Positions 18,088-31,255 are shown, numbered from the stretch's first letter. The stretch is 64,000 nt of DNA from Phycisphaerales bacterium (GCA_046350475.1 JAXMAJ010000001.1:1675911-1739910); one strand, 5' to 3'. Numbers and translations: made by a program. The notes: generated by a model from the sequence alone, not told the origin.

Positions 18088-19869
18088 ATGCAAGCAGCTG
18101 GAACCCCATCCAAAGGGCCCTGGAGGCAGCGATTCTCGGCACTCCTGAGGGAGTCATCGCCGGCTCTGCTCTCCAGTCTGCTGCACGGCGGGCTCTTTGC
18201 GCTTTCCCTCCCTGGGGTAGTACACCCATGGGTCGGGGTGTCGGCAGCCTTTCTTTCTCTTCTGCCCCTGGTGTGGCTGGTCAAGGCGCGGGGCGGTCGG
18301 CTGGCCCTGTTCCTTGGGCTATGGCTTGGCCAGGTGCCGCTCTGGGCGCTGCAGCAGTGGTGGGTGCTGGACGTCTCAGAACTTGGCTTTTTTCCGCTTG
18401 TCGCGCTCCAAGCGTGCTGGGCAGCCGTGTTCGTGTTCGTGGTGCAGTGGGCCAGGCGGGGTGTTCCCTGGCTGCCGTTGCCTTTGCTTGCGGCGGTGGC
18501 GTGGGCGGGGGTGGAGTTCTTCCGTGCGCAGGTGTTCCTCACCGGGTACGCCTGGGGGCTCGGGGGGGACGCGCTGATCGAGGTGCCCGTGCTGGCTGCG
18601 CCGGCGCGGGTTGGGGGGCTTTCGTTCATCGCATTTCTGATGATGCTGGTGGTCGCGGGCGCATGGAGGCTCTTTGCCGGCCAGGCAGAGGGGCTTCCGC
18701 GCCGCTGGGTCGGGGCCGTGTGCGTCAGCGCGGGTCTGGTCGGTTGGATTGCGTCCGCCGTGCTGGGAAGGCCGGTGCCGGTGCTGATGACGAGCGTGCG
18801 GGCCGGGGTCGTGCAGACGAATCTGGCGCAGAGCAACAAGATCGCCTGGAGCATCGCGGATGAAGTGCGGGACTTTCGCCGTTTCATGGAGTTGACGCGG
18901 GAGGCGTCGGGGGCGGATGGCACGCACGGGGCGCCGGACTTCCTCGTGTGGCCCGAGACGATGGCGCCCGGGTTGACGCTCGATGCCGCTTCGCTCGACG
19001 CACTCCGCAGGGCGCAGGTGTACTTCCCCGTGCCTGCGGGCGTGGCGGGGGAACAGGGCACGAACCTTGGCGCCACCGCGCTCTCCGATGCACTGCTGGC
19101 GCAGCAGCGTGAGATCGGCATTCCGATGCTGGTCGGTGAGGAGGCTATCGAGGGCCTGGTGGTGAAGCAGGATGCGCAGGGGCGCGTCGACTGGGCGCAG
19201 GACAGGCGTTTCAACAGCGCGTACCTGATTGAGCGCGGCGAGGTCCAGCCCGCCCGGTACGACAAGATCCACCTGACGCCTTTCGGCGAGATCATGCCCG
19301 TGATATCGAGGTGGGGCTGGCTGGAGGACCGGCTCCTCGCGGTCGCGGCGGGCGGGATGCGTTTTGATCTGGACGAGGGGAAGAGTCTCACGGTGTTCGA
19401 GGTGCCTGCGCCCAACCTCAAGTCGGGGCGTGTCCGGCTGGTGACACCGATCTGCTTTGAGAGCACCGACCCGGCGTTGTGCAGGCGGTTGGTGTTTGAC
19501 GGGTGGTCGCGGCGGGCCGACGTGGTCGTGAACCTGACGAACGACGGCTGGCTCGGGGACAGCGACCTGGCGAAGCGTCAGCACCTGCGCGCGGCGCGGT
19601 GGAGGGCGTTCGAGCTCGCGACGCCGGTGGTGCGTGCGGCGAACACCGGCTTTTCCGCGGTGATCGGCGAGGATGGCCGGGTCATCGAGCAGCTGGGATC
19701 GCGGGTGGATGGTGTGCTGAGGGCCGACGTGGGTATTCACCCCGGCACCGGCGCAACGGTGTACGCCCGGTGCGGCGACTGGGCGGGCTGGTCGGGCCTG
19801 TGGGGCGCAGCGCTGGCGGCCGGCCTTGGCCTGTTGCGGTCACGAGGGGCGGCGCGGAAACCCGGGTAA
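18088..19869 (+). CDS. lnt: Apolipoprotein N-acyltransferase
   Basis: N-terminal polytopic region plus a CN-hydrolase domain with WPE, PICFES (catalytic Cys) and NLTNDGWLG motifs. Confidence 0.9.
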   Translation: MQAAGTPSKGPWRQRFSALLRESSPALLSSLLHGGLFALSLPGVVHPWVGVSAAFLSLLPLVWLVKARGGRLALFLGLWLGQVPLWALQQWWVLDVSELGFFPLVALQACWAAVFVFVVQWARRGVPWLPLPLLAAVAWAGVEFFRAQVFLTGYAWGLGGDALIEVPVLAAPARVGGLSFIAFLMMLVVAGAWRLFAGQAEGLPRRWVGAVCVSAGLVGWIASAVLGRPVPVLMTSVRAGVVQTNLAQSNKIAWSIADEVRDFRRFMELTREASGADGTHGAPDFLVWPETMAPGLTLDAASLDALRRAQVYFPVPAGVAGEQGTNLGATALSDALLAQQREIGIPMLVGEEAIEGLVVKQDAQGRVDWAQDRRFNSAYLIERGEVQPARYDKIHLTPFGEIMPVISRWGWLEDRLLAVAAGGMRFDLDEGKSLTVFEVPAPNLKSGRVRLVTPICFESTDPALCRRLVFDGWSRRADVVVNLTNDGWLGDSDLAKRQHLRAARWRAFELATPVVRAANTGFSAVIGEDGRVIEQLGSRVDGVLRADVGIHPGTGATVYARCGDWAGWSGLWGAALAAGLGLLRSRGAARKPG

Positions 19870-19981
19870 GAAACCTGGATAATCCCTGTCGCTGCCCGGC
19901 GGCACCGAGACTCGCTTGCGGGCCCGACCCGGCCAACGATTGCTCTCCGGCCGCACACGTACTTACCTCTAAAGGACACCA

Positions 19982-21145
19982 ATGAACACGGAGCATTCGG
20001 GCACAGGCAGTGGGGGACGTTCGCAGACCCGGCGCCACGCTGCAGCGCCCGCCCTCATTCTTCTTGCCGGCGTGTCGGTGCTTGCATCGTGCCAGATCGC
20101 GGACCCCAAGCCGAAGCGGATGCAGCAGCCTTCGGCGCCCCCGATCACCAATGTCGCGGGTGCGCCGTCCGCGGGCGTTTCTTCTCCCCGTACGGAGGCG
20201 CCTGTCCTGTCCGGGATGGACGTGGCCAACATGCGGGAGAAGGCGATCGGCATCATCGAGGCGTTTGCGAAGGGCAAGGACGCGCAGCAGCGGGCGAACG
20301 CGGTCGAGTTGGCGGGTATCTCGCCGAAGCGGCTGCACGAGGTCATCCAGGCGGGCCTGCTGGACACGAATCCGGGGGTGCGGTCGGTGGCGCTGGTCAC
20401 GGTCGGGCGGTGCAAGATGCAGGAGTTCCGCGAGATCGTCCGGCCGCTTGTCCGCGATACGAACGGTCAGGTCCGGGCGAGCGCCATCTTCGCTCTCCAC
20501 CGCTTCGGTGATACGCCCGATCAGACGCCGCTCGCGGCGCTGCTGCTGACGGACGATTCGCCCTGGGTCAACCGTCATGCGGCGTTTGTGCTGGGTGAGA
20601 TCGGCAACGCGTCGGCGCTGCCGCTGCTGCAGAGCGCGTCGGCGACACGGGTCTCCATGGTGCCGCCTGCGCAGCAGCGCGTGTTCCAGGTGCAGCTCAC
20701 CGAGGCCATGGTGAAGGTCGGCGCGGAGGACCAGCGTGCGGCGCTGATCGCGGCGTTGTACCCCACGCAGGGCGACGACATCGAGGTGTCGATGCTTGCG
20801 GTGCAGGCGATCGGGGAGACCGGGGACAAGACCGCCATCGCGCAGTTGATCGGGCTTGCGCAGTACCGGGACCGGCAGGGCAACCCGTACCCACCAGAAC
20901 TGCGCCTTGCCGTTGCCTCAACGCTCGGGCGTCTGGGGATGGACTCGGGCATCCCGGTCGCGAAGGAGTTTGCGTCGAGCCAGGACGAGGGGGTGCGTGC
21001 GCAGGCGGCGCACGCGCTCGGCCACATCAGCGCCGGCGCAGATCGTGGGCAGGCCCTGGTCGGCATGATCGCTCCGCTGCTGGACGACCCTTCGGAGCTT
21101 GTGCGTTTGGCGGCGGCCGGGGCGATGCTCCGGGCGACCAAGTGA
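19982..21145 (+). CDS. HEAT-repeat lipoprotein
   Basis: Signal peptide with lipobox (LASC). Repeated D-x-N/D-x-x-VR-x-x-A units (DTNPGVRSVAL, DTNGQVRASAIFAL, DDSPWVNRHAAFVLGEIG, DEGVRAQAAHALG, DDPSELVRLAAAGA). Confidence 0.75.
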   Translation: MNTEHSGTGSGGRSQTRRHAAAPALILLAGVSVLASCQIADPKPKRMQQPSAPPITNVAGAPSAGVSSPRTEAPVLSGMDVANMREKAIGIIEAFAKGKDAQQRANAVELAGISPKRLHEVIQAGLLDTNPGVRSVALVTVGRCKMQEFREIVRPLVRDTNGQVRASAIFALHRFGDTPDQTPLAALLLTDDSPWVNRHAAFVLGEIGNASALPLLQSASATRVSMVPPAQQRVFQVQLTEAMVKVGAEDQRAALIAALYPTQGDDIEVSMLAVQAIGETGDKTAIAQLIGLAQYRDRQGNPYPPELRLAVASTLGRLGMDSGIPVAKEFASSQDEGVRAQAAHALGHISAGADRGQALVGMIAPLLDDPSELVRLAAAGAMLRATK

Positions 21146-21419
21146 TTCGCGTGTTCGGTTTTGGGTTGGGGGCGGTTTCGAGGTACCCGAAAATCACCCC
21201 ATTTGACAAGCAAGGGTCCTTTCGGGTATCTATGCTCTTCCCCCGCGACCGGCATGCAGGCACCCCCGAAGGGCGGTGTTTGGTGTCAGGAGATCAGCGG
21301 GGCGGAACCGCCCGCGGTGTTGCGGCGGATGCTGATGAGGGTCGGAGGCCCGCAGGGCGCCGTCTTCCCGCATCACGCAGGCGTGGTTGTTGTGTGTATC
21401 CCGCAAGCAGGAGTTTCTT

Positions 21420-22268
21420 GTGCACATTCTGACCAAAGCGTTCATGGTGATCGCGACGCTGCTGAGCGTTGCCCTCTCTGCCCTTGTGATCGCGTACGCC
21501 GCGAACACCGACAAGATCCGCCAGGACTATTCCGCCGTGAAGGTCCGGCTGGATACCAGCGAGGCGGCGGCCACCGCAGCGACCGCGTTGCGCGGCCAGC
21601 AGATTGTCCGGCTTGAGCAGCAGGTTGCTGACCTGACCGGGCGCGTTTCGGACTCCAACAGCAAGCTCACTGCTCTCCAGGAGGAGCGGGCGACGCTGAT
21701 GCGCGACAAGGCCCAGGCTGTTGCCGACAAGACCAGCGCCGAGTCCAAGATCAGCGAGCAGACGGAGGTTGCCCGCACGCAGGCGACCCTTCTGACGAAC
21801 CTTGGCGACGAGGTGCGCACGCTCCGCAAGAACGAGCTGGTCTACAAGCAGCGTCAGCTGGAGATGGAGGATCGCCTGAACGACCTGCAGGCCCAGCGTG
21901 ACGTGCTGGACCAGAACTACCGCGCTCTGCAGGAAGAACTGGCCCAGCTCAAGCAGGGCACCAGCACCACGGTTGCCAGCAGCGGCGCACCCTCGGCCCC
22001 GTTCACCTATTCCGGCCCCGTCATCATGGGCAAGGTGGAGAGCGTGCAGCGCGACCCGGGCACCAACCGCATGCTGGCCAAGCTCAGCATCGGCAGCAAT
22101 GACCGCGTCGCCAAGAACATGCTCATGCGCATCATCCGCGACAACCAGTTCATCGCGAACGTGGTGGTGACGCAGGCCGACCTCTCCTACTCCATCGGCG
22201 CCGTGGACACCCTCGGCAAGACGGTGGAGGTCCGCGAGGGCGACACCGTCGTCAGCCGCCTCCAGTAA
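21420..22268 (+). CDS. Membrane-anchored coiled-coil protein, function unknown
   Basis: GTG 21420 lies 8 nt after AGGAG. There is an N-terminal TM (AFMVIATLLSVALSALVIAYA), a roughly 170-aa heptad-rich region and a C-terminal beta-rich domain. Confidence 0.6.
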   Translation: MHILTKAFMVIATLLSVALSALVIAYAANTDKIRQDYSAVKVRLDTSEAAATAATALRGQQIVRLEQQVADLTGRVSDSNSKLTALQEERATLMRDKAQAVADKTSAESKISEQTEVARTQATLLTNLGDEVRTLRKNELVYKQRQLEMEDRLNDLQAQRDVLDQNYRALQEELAQLKQGTSTTVASSGAPSAPFTYSGPVIMGKVESVQRDPGTNRMLAKLSIGSNDRVAKNMLMRIIRDNQFIANVVVTQADLSYSIGAVDTLGKTVEVREGDTVVSRLQ

Positions 22269-22295
22269 GCACCCGAACCCATCAAGGAGCGACCC

Positions 22296-22493
22296 ATGAG
22301 CAAGTTCGGAATGCAAATGCCCGCCCAGCGCGGCAAGAAGGCCGCGACCCCCGATGTGTACACCGCTATGGCGGTGATGGCCTGCCTGTTCCTCGCCGCG
22401 GCCTGCTTCGTGATGTTCCAGGCGGCCGGCAAGGTCGGCCCGGGGGGCAACCCCTTTGGCATCCAGCAGGACAGGATCGACCTCAAGCCCTGA
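22296..22493 (+). CDS. Small single-TM protein
   Basis: AAGGAG RBS before the ATG. One hydrophobic helix (VYTAMAVMACLFLAAACFVMF). A hairpin terminator follows. Confidence 0.5.
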   Translation: MSKFGMQMPAQRGKKAATPDVYTAMAVMACLFLAAACFVMFQAAGKVGPGGNPFGIQQDRIDLKP

Positions 22494-22523
22494 GGGCGGG
22501 CCACACGTTTCAGTAACTCCAAG

Positions 22524-22556
22524 CACCCGTCGCGATTGCGGCGGGTGTTTGCTTTC
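22524..22556 (+). terminator. Putative intrinsic terminator
   Basis: CACCCGTCGC-GATT-GCGGCGGGTG stem-loop followed by TTTGCTTTC. Confidence 0.5.
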
Positions 22557-22684
22557 GGGGCGGCTTGTGCCCTTGATTCCCGGCGCAGTGGCCCTACATT
22601 TCTCCCCCCGCGATAGGCCTTCGGGCAGGTTGCGGGCACATAAACCCCCGCCGGTGTGCGACAGCCGGCGGCCATAGGTATCCT

Positions 22685-22758
<74 letters not shown>

Positions 22759-22768
22759 CTTGAAAAGA

Positions 22769-22800
22769 GCCTCGCCGATGGCGGGGCTTTTTTTGTTTTT
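22769..22800 (+). terminator. Intrinsic terminator after tRNA-Asp
   Basis: GCCTCGCC-GATG-GCGGGGC stem followed by TTTTTTTGTTTTTG. Confidence 0.7.
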
Positions 22801-23116
22801 GTGCGGTTCGGATCAGGGGGCGGGAGCGTGCCTGTGCTTGCCTGGAGCGGGCGCGGAGTGCGAGCGGCGGGGTTGAGCCGGAAGGGCCGCGTGCTCGATG
22901 GTGCGCGTCGGCATCGGCGGGGAGGCCGCGCCAGGCGCGGTGGGATTGCACAAGCTCTGTGCGGGCTGTACGTCATCCAAGACAGCACGCCCGGCTGGTG
23001 ATCGGATGTTCATGTGCCGATCAGCGCACTCTCACGCCGGGTCCGGACGTTGTGTGGATTGCACATGGCTGTGCGCTGGGAGCAGAGGTTCTGCTGGGTA
23101 GCCCACTCTCAGAGGA

Positions 23117-26970
<3,854 letters not shown>

Positions 26971-26974
<4 letters not shown>

Positions 26975-27360
26975 CCGAGAGCATCCGGGTGCTGTTCGCC
27001 GACGACTCACCCGACATCGTGTCCCTGTACGCGCGCCTGATCGACGGCGAGGCCGACCTGGTATGCGTCGGGACGCTCTTCTCGGCGGTGCACCTGGAGG
27101 AGGCGGTGCGGGCGGCGGACCCTCACGTGGCCGTCGTCGATCTGGGCATGCCGGGCCCGGACCCGCTGCGGGTGGTGGCGGCGATTGCACCCGGGCGGAC
27201 CGGGTGCCAGTTCATTGCGTTCACGGGCTATGACGACGCCGAGACGCGTGATCGCGCGTTCGAGGCGGGGTTCTGTGCGCTGGTCTCCAAGCACGACCAT
27301 CCGCTGCGCGTGCTCGAGGAGGTGCGGCGGGCCGTGGGTCGGCCACCCCGGGCCGGCTGA
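26971..27360 (+). CDS. Stand-alone response regulator receiver protein
   Basis: ATGA overlap with the kinase gene. VLFADDSPD...VAVVDLGMPGPD...FTGYDD...SKH receiver motifs. No output domain. Confidence 0.85.
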
Positions 27361-27381
27361 GGCCACTGTGGCTGCGGTCAC

Positions 27382-29007
27382 TCAGCGAGGGTGCCAGGCG
27401 GGACCGCACCGGTTGGTTGCACACGCGGTGGGCGCGGCGACTAGGATTGCCCTGAGCACAGGGTGTAGCTCAGCTTGGTAGAGCGTGTGGTTTGGGTCCA
27501 CAAGGCCGCAGGTTCGAATCCTGTCACCCTGACTTTTTGCGAGATCGAGCCCTTCGGCGAGCACGTCGAAGGGCTTTCTCGTTGTAAACACAGCACTTAC
27601 GCCATCAAGGCGGCAGTTCAAACAGACGATTTCGAGGATTCGGCGCTTTGTGGCGTAATCAGCAGAAATCCACTTGTTTTGCAGTGTTTGCGAGAGTTCA
27701 AACACCTTGGACGCGAGTTCGGCCGTTTCGTCGTGGGAGCGGTCCAGCACGTCCAGTTGTAGCTTGATCGACGAGAGCCGATCCCGAAGCTCCGTGTGCT
27801 TCGCTGCAAAGGTTTCCTGATCGACTTCCTCGCCGAGCCGCAGGTTTAGAAGCCGGTCCTGCTGGGCTACCAGAAGCGAAGCCTGCCGCGTGAGCTCTTC
27901 CCGTTGTGCCCGGGCGTCAGATTGGGCGTCCCGCGTTTGGGACGCCAGGACGGCCCGGAACCAGTCCCGAATCTCGGGGTCCTCGACTCGCATCCGACCA
28001 AACATGGCCATCACTTGCTGGTCAAGTTCAGCTTCCGTGACCCGGACGCGAGGATGCCCGGCTGCGGTATATCCGCTGCACCGGTAATAGACGTACCGGC
28101 GCTCGCCGGATGACTTGGTGGATTTCGTCACCTGCTCACCAGTCACCGCCCGGCCGCAATGTCCGCAGGACATGAACTCGCCTGCGAAAGTCATCTGGTG
28201 GGCGTGGTATACGTGCCCGCCGAGAAGGGCTTGGACTCGGTCCCAGGTTGCACGATCGATGAGCGGCTGTTGATTGCCCGGGTACCACTGTCCCTTGTAC
28301 GGGATCTCGCCAATGTACGCCCGATCTGACAAGATGCTGTGGAGTTTGCTCCGGGTGAAACGCGGAGCATCATCGCGATACGCGAGCCCTTCAGTGTGCA
28401 GGCGGTCCCGAAGTGCATCGAGCGTGAGTGGTTCGTACGCGTAGAGGTGAAAGAGACGCCGGACGTTCGCCGCAGCTGCGGGATCAACTTCGGAAATGCA
28501 GCGGCCCTCTTTGCGGACGTTTCGGAACCCATAGGGGGCTTTGCCAACGAACCAGCCTTCCTGAACTCTCCGGGCAAGGCCCTCTCGCACATCGACGGAC
28601 TGCTGCTCGGTGTAGAAGCTCGCCATGTTGGCGAGCGTTCGACGCATCATGCGGCCGGCGGGGTTGCTCTCTGTGGGCTGCGAGACGGAAATGAACGCGA
28701 GTCCGTACTCGCTCTCCAAGCGTTCAAGTTCGACGTAATCGAACAGGTTACGGGCAGCGCGATCGACTTTGTAGAACAGAAGCCCGTCGAGCTCTTCGGC
28801 ATGCTTCTTCGCGAACGCGATCAGCTCTTTGAACGATTTTCGCTCGTCCGTCTTGCTCGCAGTCTCTGCGATGCGAAACAGACGCACAACCTCGCCGCCG
28901 GCGAGGGTCGCGTATCGCTTGAGGGCGTCCTCCTGCACCGCCAGCGAAAAGCCCTCGCGCTCTTGCTCTCTTGAAGAAACTCTGGCAAGTGCGACGAAGC
29001 GTTTCAT
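27382..29007 (-). CDS. Large serine recombinase (integrase); the 3' end reads antisense through tRNA-Pro
   Basis: ATG 29007 lies 8 nt after GGGAG. N-terminal resolvase domain (ALARVSSREQ catalytic Ser, YKVDRAARN), recombinase domain, zinc-ribbon (CGHCG...YYRC) and coiled-coil. The first in-frame stop is at 27384-27382, beyond the tRNA. Confidence 0.9.
   Translation of the reverse strand: MKRFVALARVSSREQEREGFSLAVQEDALKRYATLAGGEVVRLFRIAETASKTDERKSFKELIAFAKKHAEELDGLLFYKVDRAARNLFDYVELERLESEYGLAFISVSQPTESNPAGRMMRRTLANMASFYTEQQSVDVREGLARRVQEGWFVGKAPYGFRNVRKEGRCISEVDPAAAANVRRLFHLYAYEPLTLDALRDRLHTEGLAYRDDAPRFTRSKLHSILSDRAYIGEIPYKGQWYPGNQQPLIDRATWDRVQALLGGHVYHAHQMTFAGEFMSCGHCGRAVTGEQVTKSTKSSGERRYVYYRCSGYTAAGHPRVRVTEAELDQQVMAMFGRMRVEDPEIRDWFRAVLASQTRDAQSDARAQREELTRQASLLVAQQDRLLNLRLGEEVDQETFAAKHTELRDRLSSIKLQLDVLDRSHDETAELASKVFELSQTLQNKWISADYATKRRILEIVCLNCRLDGVSAVFTTRKPFDVLAEGLDLAKSQGDRIRTCGLVDPNHTLYQAELHPVLRAILVAAPTACATNRCGPAWHPR
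27459..27532 (+). tRNA. tRNA-Pro (anticodon TGG)
   Basis: Acceptor CAGGGTG/CACCCTG plus discriminator A. D arm GCTC-AGCTTGGTA-GAGC. Anticodon arm TGTGG-TTTGGGT-CCACA. T arm GCAGG-TTCGAAT-CCTGT. CCA is not encoded. Confidence 0.9.
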
Positions 29008-29012
29008 GGTGT

Positions 29013-29318
29013 TCACTCCCGGGGCAAGATTCCGAACAACTGTCCCGCATTCTGAACAATTGTAACGGCATCCTGGACCGAGAGAGGCTCGCGGTAGTGC
29101 TTCTGCCACACTTTCAGGGTCAGTGCGACGAGCTCTGGCGTGATCCACGACGGTGTCCCCGCGGGCAAACCGCTAGCAGACGCCGGCCTCTCCCACGCAT
29201 TCGGCGTGGGCGGAGCGTCAGGTCGCGCCTCGCGGGTCTTTTCGGGTTGTCTCTTAAGCGGTTTCACGGTGCATTTCGCAGATTTATTGACGCCTGTCCG
29301 GCTGACGCTTGGCAACAC
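29013..29318 (-). CDS. Hypothetical protein immediately upstream of the recombinase (possible directionality factor or regulator); start uncertain
   Basis: Co-oriented ORF ending 5 nt before the recombinase ATG. GTG start without a clear RBS. No family was recognised. Confidence 0.4.
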   Translation of the reverse strand: MLPSVSRTGVNKSAKCTVKPLKRQPEKTREARPDAPPTPNAWERPASASGLPAGTPSWITPELVALTLKVWQKHYREPLSVQDAVTIVQNAGQLFGILPRE

Positions 29319-29418
29319 AGTTCAGAAGCCCGCCCGGCGGCGCTAGCCGGCGAGCGAACAAAGAGACACGGCGCTGGCATTCAGAATGCAGAGGCGACCC
29401 TGCTGCCGGCTGGTGCCT

Positions 29419-29775
29419 TCACATGGAGCTAGACCGCGGCTTGGTCGTCGCCTCCCGTCCAGGGTCGCACTCACCAGGACTGCCAGCCGGGGGAGGTTCC
29501 GCACTCTGAGGCAGTGACTGCTTCATTCGTACAACGACCCAGATTCCGCATGCCATCCAACAGATCGGACCGGCATAGCTATCAACCAGGCAGATCACGA
29601 TCAGACACATGACGAGGCTGAGAGCGAAGTCAACGACGCTTCGCAGAAAGACACCGACACCGACAGGTCCAAAGGCGAATCCGACGAGAAATCCCATCGC
29701 CGGGCTCTTGCCGTACCCGGAAGCTGGCGGCTTCATCCAGCTATTCACGGTCTTCTTGAAAGACTCAGTTTGCAT
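29419..29775 (-). CDS. Small membrane protein, paralogue A
   Basis: ATG 29775 lies 8 nt after AAGGAG. Two or three TM helices. Shares GK.P..GF..GF.FGP.GVG..LRS..DF with the upstream gene. Confidence 0.65.
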   Translation of the reverse strand: MQTESFKKTVNSWMKPPASGYGKSPAMGFLVGFAFGPVGVGVFLRSVVDFALSLVMCLIVICLVDSYAGPICWMACGIWVVVRMKQSLPQSAEPPPAGSPGECDPGREATTKPRSSSM

Positions 29776-29803
29776 TGTCAGCACTCCTTGGAAGATGAAT
29801 GGG

Positions 29804-30196
29804 CTACTTGCCGCCGCGAACGATCACGTTTTCACGTTCGTGCGAGGAGACATCCGCAGGGTGCTCTGTGAACAGTGGCGTGTCGGCCGATTCGCCGGCA
29901 GCAGGGTCCGACAAAGGACTGTTGGAGTTGCGTATGCGGGTGTACGCAAATGCACCACAAATGCACCACAGGACAGGTGCCGCGACTCCGCCGGTCACGA
30001 ATGTGCCGCCAAGCACGATTGCGAGGGTGACGAAGAAGTCACCCCAGCTGCGCAGATAGGCCCCGACCCCAAAGGGGCCGAAACAGAAACCCATCGCAAA
30101 ACCGACGAGTGGGTTCTTGCCTTTGCCAACCGGCGGCATGTTCTTCGACTGCTTGAACACCTGACGTACGGCACCAGAGAAAGCTACGTTTGACAC
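29804..30196 (-). CDS. Small membrane protein, paralogue B
   Basis: GTG 30196 lies 6 nt after AAGGAG (the track start TTG 30202 abuts the RBS). Same motif as paralogue A. Confidence 0.65.
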   Translation of the reverse strand: MSNVAFSGAVRQVFKQSKNMPPVGKGKNPLVGFAMGFCFGPFGVGAYLRSWGDFFVTLAIVLGGTFVTGGVAAPVLWCICGAFAYTRIRNSNSPLSDPAAGESADTPLFTEHPADVSSHERENVIVRGGK

Positions 30197-30238
30197 GGAC
30201 AACTCCTTTATGAATGAGGATGAGAGACTCGACCGGGA

Positions 30239-30556
30239 TCAATCCCGCTCGACATGACGGTCTTCGCGCTCCGGCTCCCGCTCGGGGGCCGGGCGTTCGC
30301 GAGCTTGTTCGACGTGCTGGTCCAGAACTGAGGGCGACGGCGCATCGCGGGACGTGGCTGCTTTGCCAGCCTCACGGAGTCCGTCGGCCACTTCCCCAGG
30401 GGTCTTGGTTCCGAGCATGCCGTACTCGGCGTGTTGAGCCGCGGTGCCCGACCCATAGAGCGCTGCGCCCAACTCGTGGAGGCCCTGGCGGAAGTAGGCG
30501 CTCAGCACCTCCTTACTCCGCGTTAGGCTCCGCTTCTGAGTGTCTAACCAACCCAT
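30239..30556 (-). CDS. Hypothetical soluble protein with an acidic/Pro-rich tail
   Basis: ATG preceded by AAGGAG. No family was recognised. Confidence 0.55.
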   Translation of the reverse strand: MGWLDTQKRSLTRSKEVLSAYFRQGLHELGAALYGSGTAAQHAEYGMLGTKTPGEVADGLREAGKAATSRDAPSPSVLDQHVEQARERPAPEREPEREDRHVERD

Positions 30557-30575
30557 GATGAGCTCCTTTCTATGA

Positions 30576-31175
30576 CTAGTGACGATCGCCCTGCATCGCG
30601 CGGAAACGCTCCGCGAGTTGCTGCTGCTCGATCAGGCTGTCATTGAGTTCGCGCACCCGCGCCTTGGTGACCGCGTCGATGAGGGCGTTGTTGAACGCCA
30701 GCGCGAACGCGGCGGCGATCAGGTAACTGCCCAGGGGCACGCTGCCCTGCATGACGGCTAGCGCCGTCAGCAATACGGCCAGAGGCTCGATGGACCCCTT
30801 GAGCTTGGACTCGGGCATCGATTTGAACGCCTTAGCCAGGCGCGGAAAGCCGTTGTAGCGAGAATGCAACCGTTCCCCTTTGGAGAGCAACCGCGTGGTT
30901 TCGATTCGGGCACGGAGTTGCATCACGAGGTAGAGCGCCCAAAAAATCCAGATGCCAGCTGGGTTCTCCGTGGGGAAGAAGACCATCCACATTGGGACGG
31001 CGAAGAACGACACCAAAGCGGCGATACCGAAGTACTGCGAACCGAAGCCGGTGCGGAGAAATACTTCAACCGGGTGCGCCAGAACCTGCGCTACAAAAGC
31101 GAGGAACGAGAACGCACGTTTCGCGTCTTCGATGGGTGTCCAGAGATTCTGTTGTTCTGGTTGCTGCTGCTGCAT
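30576..31175 (-). CDS. Hypothetical four-helix membrane protein with a C-terminal coiled coil
   Basis: Hydrophobic segments FSFLAFVAQVLA, IAALVSFFAVPMWMVFF, IWIFWALYLVM, LAVLLTALAVM/LIAAAFALAF. It sits directly downstream of the coupling-protein-like gene. Confidence 0.65.
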   Translation of the reverse strand: MQQQQPEQQNLWTPIEDAKRAFSFLAFVAQVLAHPVEVFLRTGFGSQYFGIAALVSFFAVPMWMVFFPTENPAGIWIFWALYLVMQLRARIETTRLLSKGERLHSRYNGFPRLAKAFKSMPESKLKGSIEPLAVLLTALAVMQGSVPLGSYLIAAAFALAFNNALIDAVTKARVRELNDSLIEQQQLAERFRAMQGDRH

Positions 31176-31255
31176 AGTTGAACTCCAAGCGGGGCGCGAG
31201 GGATAGCCCGGCGCGGAACGCCCGCGCTGACGCCATCACTTGCTTTCACCCGCGA

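Noticed and set aside
18072-19740. Two long minus-strand ORFs opposite lnt
   Set aside because: They are antisense shadows. lnt shows the catalytic CN-hydrolase motifs.
27548-27575. Perfect 9-bp dyad just after tRNA-Pro, considered as a tRNA terminator
   Set aside because: It lies inside the recombinase coding sequence (PFDVLAEGL) and has only a weak T-tract. It may be part of the att site or coincidental, so it is reported only as a note under the integrase finding.
29419-30202. Possible TM2-domain or holin-like assignment for the paralogous small membrane proteins
   Set aside because: There is only a loose resemblance of a Gly-rich hairpin motif, and I cannot support a family call without a profile search.
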